NCBI GenBank assembly: GCA_965215605.1 | Contig: OZ244070.1 | Coordinates: forward strand, 160,001-224,000 | Origin: an uncultured Candidatus Binatia bacterium | GTDB taxonomy: Bacteria; Desulfobacterota; Binatia; UBA9968; JAJDTQ01 | Length of the DNA stretch: 64,000 nucleotides | Direction of reading: 5' to 3' | Shown here: in pieces, positions 58,438 to 64,000 of the stretch | Layout of the letters: each line of letters begins with the position of its first letter | Position numbering within the stretch: position 1 is the first letter of the stretch | Translations under genes and position numbers: made by a program | The notes under the pieces: generated by a model | What the model saw: the letters and a program-made list of their open reading frames with translations, nothing else | Database searches by the model: none | What the model was told of the DNA's origin: nothing

Positions 58438-60669
58438 ATGGCAGACACGACCGAGCTGGATCCCGTCAGATACGAGATGTTCCTGCACCGCCTCTGGGCC
58501 ATCGGCGAGGAGGGGCGTTCCTCCATCCAAAAGGTGACCGCGTCCCCCATAGTGGCACAGGGGGGCGAGTGCATGGCGTCGTTCTATACCGCCGCGGGCG
58601 AGATGATCCTGGCCTGTTCGGGCCACCTCCGCTTCGCGGCGGCGACCTCGGACGCCATCAAGAAGGTCATCGAGTGGTACGGCGAAAGCCCGGGCTTCTT
58701 CGACGGCGACCAGCTCTTCTTCAACGACCCTTACATCGCCGGCGCCCACACCTATGACATGCTGATCATGAAGCCCATCTTCCATGACGGCGCGCTCACC
58801 AACTGGATCGCGTCGAGCATCCATACCGCGGACACCGGCGGCTCCATGCGGGGCGTGGCCACGGAGATCTACCACGAGGGCATCCGCATTCAAGGCGCCA
58901 AGGTCGTGGAGAAGGGCGAGTTCCGCGAGGACGCGTTCCGCTGCCTGACGCAGCAGTGCCGGGACCCGGAGTACGTGGGCCAGGACATCCGCTCGCAGAT
59001 CGCCTCCAACAACGTGTGCGCCCGTGGTTTCCTGGAGTTGGTGGAGAAGTTCGGCCTGGACTTCATCGAGAGCGCGGGACGGAAGGTCATCGAGGACTCC
59101 GAGCGCATGGCCCGGGCGCGGCTCAGGGACCTGCCGGACGGGGCGTGGACGTCGGTGATTCCGGGAACCGCCTGGGACCGCAAGGGCGGCGGGGTCAAGC
59201 CCTACCACGTGGCGTGCCGGCTGGAGAAGAAGGGCGAGGAGATGCATCTCGACTTCAGCGGCACCAGCGGCCAGATGAACGACATGTCCAATTCAACGCT
59301 GGCCGGCACCATGGCCCAGTTGGCGGTGGCGCTGACCGACTTCCTCTTCTGGGACGTTCCCTGGAGCGACGGCAAGTTCAAGCCCGTCTCGGTCACCATC
59401 CCCGAGGGCAGCATCCTCAACTGCCGCTTCCCCGCGGCCTGCGGCAACGCGCCGGCGGTGGGGGTCACGGCCAAGGTGGCGCTCAGCGACTGCATCGCCC
59501 GCATGCTCTACACCGGCGGCAGCGATGACATCAACGCCGCCTGGCAGGGCATCTGGTACGGCGGCGGGCCGCTGGCGTTCTACGGGGGCCACAACCGCGA
59601 GGGGCTGGTAACCGCCCAGGGGCTCTACGACGGCCACGGCGCCGGCTTCGGCGCTACGCCGGTGCGGGACGGCGTTCCCTGCGGCGGCAACATGAACATC
59701 CCCGGGGGCGGCATCAGCGACATCGAGCGCATCGAGATGCAGTACCCGTTCATCTACTTCACCCGCAACCATCACGTGGACGGCGGCGGAGCGGGCGAGA
59801 ACGCCGGCGGCACCGGCAGCTACCGGATCTACATGATCTTCGGCACCCAGGACTGCAGCGTAAACTATCCGCCCTACGGCTGCCTGCCCGAGGGCGCCGG
59901 CCTGTTCGGGGGCTACCCCACCGGCATCGGCGGCACCCGGGCGGTGTTCCACACCGACGGCAAGTCCCTGATGGAGCGGCTTCGCGCCGGGGAATACCCC
60001 ACTCAACCCGCGCAACTCGAGCCCGAGGGTTGGGGCGCCCTGGCCCATCCGGAGCAGATCCAGGGGCGAGTCCCGCTGCCGGAGTACTGCATCGTGGCTG
60101 ACTTCGTGGGCGGCGGCGGCGGCTTCGGCGACCCGCTGGAACGCGATCCAGAGAAGGTCCGGCGGGACATCCGCGTGGGCGTCGCTTCGCGGCGCATCGC
60201 CGAGGAAGTCTTCGGGGTGGTGATGACGGCGGATGGTGCGGTGGACGCCGAGGGCACGGCCGCCAGGCGCGAGGCCATCCGCGCCGAGCGCCTGGCCCAA
60301 GGCGCGCCCCTGGCGGGCATCACCAGCGCGGTCCCCAACGGAACCCAAGCCACGCACGGGAGCGCGGACGAGCTGCGCTTCCATCCGTGCATGGCCATCG
60401 CCAGGGAGGACGGCCGCCAGGTGATCCGCTGCACCCGCTGCGGCCACCGCTACTGCGAGGCCCACGACAACTACAAGCGCTACGCTCTGAGGCGGCAACG
60501 CGACCTGGAGGAACTGTCCGGCCAGAAGGTGCCGTCCGGCGAGCCCTACATCGCCAGCTTCATCGAGTACTACTGCCCCGGTTGCGCGGCCATGCTCCAG
60601 GTAGACACGTTCTGCCCGGAACTGGACAACGACAGCGAGCCGGTTCAGGACTTCGGGTTGGAGGCGTAG
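58438..60669 (+). CDS. Hydantoinase B/oxoprolinase (acetone carboxylase alpha-like) fused to an acetone-carboxylase-gamma-like Zn domain
   Basis: NDPY..G.H..D, HTAD.GG and GGGGFGDPLERD; C-terminal CTRCGH...EYYCPGC. Confidence 0.88.
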   Translation: MADTTELDPVRYEMFLHRLWAIGEEGRSSIQKVTASPIVAQGGECMASFYTAAGEMILACSGHLRFAAATSDAIKKVIEWYGESPGFFDGDQLFFNDPYIAGAHTYDMLIMKPIFHDGALTNWIASSIHTADTGGSMRGVATEIYHEGIRIQGAKVVEKGEFREDAFRCLTQQCRDPEYVGQDIRSQIASNNVCARGFLELVEKFGLDFIESAGRKVIEDSERMARARLRDLPDGAWTSVIPGTAWDRKGGGVKPYHVACRLEKKGEEMHLDFSGTSGQMNDMSNSTLAGTMAQLAVALTDFLFWDVPWSDGKFKPVSVTIPEGSILNCRFPAACGNAPAVGVTAKVALSDCIARMLYTGGSDDINAAWQGIWYGGGPLAFYGGHNREGLVTAQGLYDGHGAGFGATPVRDGVPCGGNMNIPGGGISDIERIEMQYPFIYFTRNHHVDGGGAGENAGGTGSYRIYMIFGTQDCSVNYPPYGCLPEGAGLFGGYPTGIGGTRAVFHTDGKSLMERLRAGEYPTQPAQLEPEGWGALAHPEQIQGRVPLPEYCIVADFVGGGGGFGDPLERDPEKVRRDIRVGVASRRIAEEVFGVVMTADGAVDAEGTAARREAIRAERLAQGAPLAGITSAVPNGTQATHGSADELRFHPCMAIAREDGRQVIRCTRCGHRYCEAHDNYKRYALRRQRDLEELSGQKVPSGEPYIASFIEYYCPGCAAMLQVDTFCPELDNDSEPVQDFGLEA

Positions 60670-60691
60670 AGGGCGCCCGCGCCAGGACCCG

Positions 60692-61498
60692 TCACCCCTT
60701 CAGGAATTCCACCGCCCTGCGGTCGTACGCCTCGCCCGCGTCCCACATGAGCATGTGACAGGCCTGGTCGATGATCTCCAGCCGGAGCCCGGGCATCAAC
60801 TCCTTGAGCTTGGCGCATTTCTCCGCAGCCTGGTTGCGGTCCTGTTTCCCGTAGAGCAGCAGCAGCGGCGCTTGCACCTCCGTGAGCCGCTCCCACAACC
60901 GCGGCCCCTCCCGCTTGGGCTCCACCACCCGCTGCCGCTCCAGGAACCGTTCCAGGTTCCTGCCCAGGCTCAGGCTGTGCCGCTGCTCCAGCACCTCGGG
61001 AGTGATGAGCTCCTTGTGGTAGAGGTTCGACTCCAGGAGCGCCCTGGAGTCCTCCAGGGTCGGCGGCGCGTCGGTGGCCTCGCTGCTGGCGTGGGCCGGC
61101 GGAGGAAAACCCGGAAGTCCCTGCAGCAGGCTGCCGCTGCACACCACCAGCACATTGGCCACCCGGTCGGGATGGTCCAGGGCGGTCTGCACCACGATGC
61201 CGCCGGCCTGGGAGTGGCCGATGAGCGCGGCCTCGTTCGCGTCGATGGCGCTCATGAACCGCGGCAGGAACCGCGTCCGGTAGGCCAGCGTGTAATCCTC
61301 GGGAGCGTCGGAGAGGCCGAAACCCGGCTGGTCGTACGCCACGGCGCGGAACCCGGCGTCCGCCAGTGGGCCCATGTGCCGCCCGAACACGTCCGCGGAC
61401 GAGCCCAGGGAAGCGCCGTGCAACATGATCACCGGCATTCCCGACCCCTCCTCCAGATAACGGACCTTGAGGCCGTCTACAGTAACTTCGCGCTCCAT
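60692..61498 (-). CDS. Alpha/beta fold hydrolase
   Basis: LHG, YDQPGFGLSD, GHSQAG, G.QD and CH motifs. Confidence 0.88.
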   Translation of the reverse strand: MEREVTVDGLKVRYLEEGSGMPVIMLHGASLGSSADVFGRHMGPLADAGFRAVAYDQPGFGLSDAPEDYTLAYRTRFLPRFMSAIDANEAALIGHSQAGGIVVQTALDHPDRVANVLVVCSGSLLQGLPGFPPPAHASSEATDAPPTLEDSRALLESNLYHKELITPEVLEQRHSLSLGRNLERFLERQRVVEPKREGPRLWERLTEVQAPLLLLYGKQDRNQAAEKCAKLKELMPGLRLEIIDQACHMLMWDAGEAYDRRAVEFLKG

Positions 61499-61617
61499 AT
61501 TGCTTTCCTCCATCGACGATGAGCCAGAATAGCAGTGGCCTGTACCACACCAGCGGTGGCACAGGCCACCCGTCTCCCGCACCCCATTCGTGAGACACCA
61601 CCCAGACCGTGTGATCG

Positions 61618-62160
61618 TCAGATCACCCGGACCCGGACCCCCTCGGCGGGCAGCAAGGAATCGCACACGGCGGGGTCCAGTCCGCAGGCATGCCCGAGGG
61701 CGCAAAGCACGAGGTCCGCGGCCACCCGCTCCTCGCCCGCGCGGTCCCTGGCATTCTTCTCCAGTGTCACGGAGCGGACTTCGACGGAGCCTCCGGCGCA
61801 TACCGCCACGTGAGCGCGATGCTCGCCCTTCCTGGGCCGGTCCGTCACCAAGGCGGCGGTGCAGGCGATGCCCCATACCGGCGCCTCGGGACTCGTCCTC
61901 AACCGCAGCGCGCGCTCGTAAGCCTTGCGCGCCAGCGCCGCGGCGGTCTCCGCCGACACCGTCTGCGACGGCCGGCGCCCCAGAAACTCGTCCATTGACG
62001 GTTCGCTGTACGGCACCAGCGCCTCCAGCACCGTTCGTGAGGCTCCCGGTACGACGAACAGGTCCGCCAACGCCTGCGAGCCGCCGGCGACCACCAGCAC
62101 GACCCTGGCGGGGCTACGGTGAATCTCGGCGATCAAGTCGGCGCGGGACGGAACGTTCAT
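61618..62160 (-). CDS. CinA C-terminal-like domain protein
   Basis: GG..AL..L..VPGASRTVLEA.VPYS and L.TDRPRKGEHR motifs. Confidence 0.7.
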   Translation of the reverse strand: MNVPSRADLIAEIHRSPARVVLVVAGGSQALADLFVVPGASRTVLEALVPYSEPSMDEFLGRRPSQTVSAETAAALARKAYERALRLRTSPEAPVWGIACTAALVTDRPRKGEHRAHVAVCAGGSVEVRSVTLEKNARDRAGEERVAADLVLCALGHACGLDPAVCDSLLPAEGVRVRVI

Positions 62161-62179
62161 GGCGGTCCGCGATATCCGT

Positions 62180-63346
62180 TCAGACGACGCCGCGCCGGCG
62201 CAGGCTCCGGATGGCTTCGCCGTCGTAGCCCAAGCCCTCCAGCAACTCGTCGGTGTTCTCTCCCACCAGAGGCGCCGGCCGCACGAATCGCGGCGGCGTC
62301 GCCGACAGGTTCACGCTGCTGCCGATGAGCCGGGTCGCGCCTCGCTCCGGGTGACGGATCTCCCGCGGCAGGCCCAGGTGCCTGACCTGTGGGTCTTCGA
62401 AGACCTCCTCGGCGGCGTATATGGGAGCGTGGCTCAGGTCCTCCCGGCCCAGCCGCTCCAGCCAGGCTGCCCGCGGCGCCAGGGCGAATTCCCCGCGCAG
62501 GATCTCCATCAACTCTTCGTGATGAGCGACCCGGTCCTCGTAGGCGGCGAACCGCGGGTCGTCCATCAGATCCGGCCGCTCCACCACGCGGGCCAAGGCT
62601 TCCCAGGACCGCCGGTGGGTGGCGAGATGCACCAGCAACGGCCGCCCGTCCTTCGCCGTCAGGCAGAACAGCCGGCCGCGCTGGAAGTTGTTCGGGGTGA
62701 CGGCGTCGCCGCCGTTCAGGAACTCGGCGAAATGCGACTCGATGAAACCCATGCTGGCCTGCAGCAGCGACGCGTCCACGAACTGGCCGGCGCCGGTCCG
62801 GGTCCGCGCCGCGAGCGCGGCCAGGATGCCGTAGGCCGCGAAGACGCCGGTGGCGTGAGCGGTGATGGAGAACCCGCCCATCTTCGGATCGTCCGGGTCG
62901 GTGAGCAGGCTCAGCATGCCGCTGACCGCCTGGCCGATGGACTCGAAACCGGCTCTGTCCTCGTAGGGGCCGCTCTGGCCGAAGGCCGTGACCGAGCAGT
63001 GGATGAGCCCCGGATTGCGCCGGCGCAGCGCTTCGTAGTCGAGCTCCAGGGACCTCCGCGTGCCGGGCCGGAAGCTCTCGATGAGGACGTCCGCCGACTC
63101 CAGCAGGCGGTGCAGGATGTCCCGGGCCTCGGGCTCGCGCAGATTGAGCGTGAGGCTCTTCTTGTTCCGGTTGAGCGCCCGGAACACCGGACTGTAGCTG
63201 TCACGTCCCCGGGCCGGATCTCCCTTGTCCGGAAGCTCCACCTTGACGACCTCGCAGCCGAGGTCCCCCAGGAGACTCCCGGCGTAAGGGCCGGCCACGT
63301 GCCCGCTGGCGTCGATGGCCACCGTGCCGTCCAGCGCTCCGTTCAT
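62180..63346 (-). CDS. Family III CoA-transferase (CaiB/BaiF)
   Basis: AGPY...LLGDLG.EVVKVE, NRNKKS, GQSGP, GQFVD.SL and P.VGENT motifs. Confidence 0.9.
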   Translation of the reverse strand: MNGALDGTVAIDASGHVAGPYAGSLLGDLGCEVVKVELPDKGDPARGRDSYSPVFRALNRNKKSLTLNLREPEARDILHRLLESADVLIESFRPGTRRSLELDYEALRRRNPGLIHCSVTAFGQSGPYEDRAGFESIGQAVSGMLSLLTDPDDPKMGGFSITAHATGVFAAYGILAALAARTRTGAGQFVDASLLQASMGFIESHFAEFLNGGDAVTPNNFQRGRLFCLTAKDGRPLLVHLATHRRSWEALARVVERPDLMDDPRFAAYEDRVAHHEELMEILRGEFALAPRAAWLERLGREDLSHAPIYAAEEVFEDPQVRHLGLPREIRHPERGATRLIGSSVNLSATPPRFVRPAPLVGENTDELLEGLGYDGEAIRSLRRRGVV

Positions 63347-63400
63347 GTCGGACTCGACTCCACCCATCCCGGTCGTTCCCCTTTGTGCCCCTCCACCCCT

Positions 63401-63424
63401 GGATTCCCGTACTCGCGGGACTGA
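63401..63424. repeat. REP-like hairpin (GGATTCCCG..CGGGA.TGA type)
   Basis: GGATTCCCGTACTCGCGGGACTGA, intergenic. Confidence 0.5.
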
Positions 63425-63448
63425 TGGAGGGTAGAGCGGGCGGACGTG

Positions 63449-63664
63449 TCAGAACGGCTTGTTGAAGAAGGGTTTCCCCTCGCGCATCCGGAAGATCCCC
63501 ACGAAGCCCAGCAGTCCGCCGATGAAGCCGCCCAGAAAGATCACGGTGGCCACGAAATCGGTCATGGAACCCGGCGCCAGGAGCGCGTACACGACCGCCC
63601 GGGCCACGAGTCCGACGACGAGCGCCGCCACCAGCCCGACCGCGGTGAGGGTCCTGTACTTCAT
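63449..63664 (-). CDS. Small two-TM membrane protein
   Basis: GGAGGA RBS, GC3-biased codons, two hydrophobic helices. Confidence 0.7.
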   Translation of the reverse strand: MKYRTLTAVGLVAALVVGLVARAVVYALLAPGSMTDFVATVIFLGGFIGGLLGFVGIFRMREGKPFFNKPF

Positions 63665-63815
63665 CGACGCGACTCCTCCAAAGCCCCTCCGATGCTGTCC
63701 AAGGCAACGTTGACAGCGGTTGCAGGATTGCATACCCTCGTTGGCCGTTGCAACTCGTTGCCGCGGGTTCGGGACCAGCCGAGGCCGCCATCAGTGTCAT
63801 GGAGGATGCCCGGAC

Positions 63816-64000
63816 ATGGAAAACGACAAGCCCAATGCCCTTGAACGGTTCGTCGACAAGACCCGCGCGCTGTTCGCGGCGGAACCGGAACTGGACAAGC
63901 GCTGGACCGCGCTGGAGCCGGTGCTGGCGGAACTGTTGACCGATCCCGAGGTGCTGGAGGCCTCCAGAAAATGGCCCGACTGCGTGCCCCGGGACGGCCG
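63816..64000 (+). CDS. Partial CDS, possibly cysteine-dioxygenase-like cupin
   Basis: GGAGG RBS, then MENDKPNALERFVDKTRALFAAEPELDKRW, open to the window end; the family call is tentative. Confidence 0.55.
   Translation, partial: MENDKPNALERFVDKTRALFAAEPELDKRWTALEPVLAELLTDPEVLEASRKWPDCVPRDG

Overview
High-GC bacterial genomic DNA, densely coding, with about 60 genes. No rRNA, tRNA or CRISPR array was seen. The gene content (many amidohydrolase-2 paralogs, UbiD, Mo-hydroxylase, SDRs, solute-binding proteins, hydantoinase B, CoA-transferase) resembles heterotrophic Deltaproteobacteria/Binatia-type genomes such as sponge symbionts; this is inference only. The left edge holds a decayed integrative element with tandem Arm-domain tyrosine recombinases, followed by a Phd-VapC pair. 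The remainder is mostly catabolic and transport genes, a second TA pair (ParD/ParE-like), mutY, tatD, msrB and ettA. It also carries a TIGR04282/DUF547/TVP38/flavoprotein module, an HDO-Mo hydroxylase-UbiD trio and an AAA_14-DUF4143 gene behind a perfect 24-bp palindrome. The most unusual block is a co-oriented run of orphan nuoB, Rieske ferredoxin, monothiol glutaredoxin, truncated globin, ferritin-like VIT1 and a SagB-type flavoprotein; the globin is in frame with the glutaredoxin across one TAG and lacks a canonical start codon. A 148-bp element with perfect 28-bp inverted ends and several REP-like hairpins are also present. All calls come from motif recognition by eye; no database searches were run.
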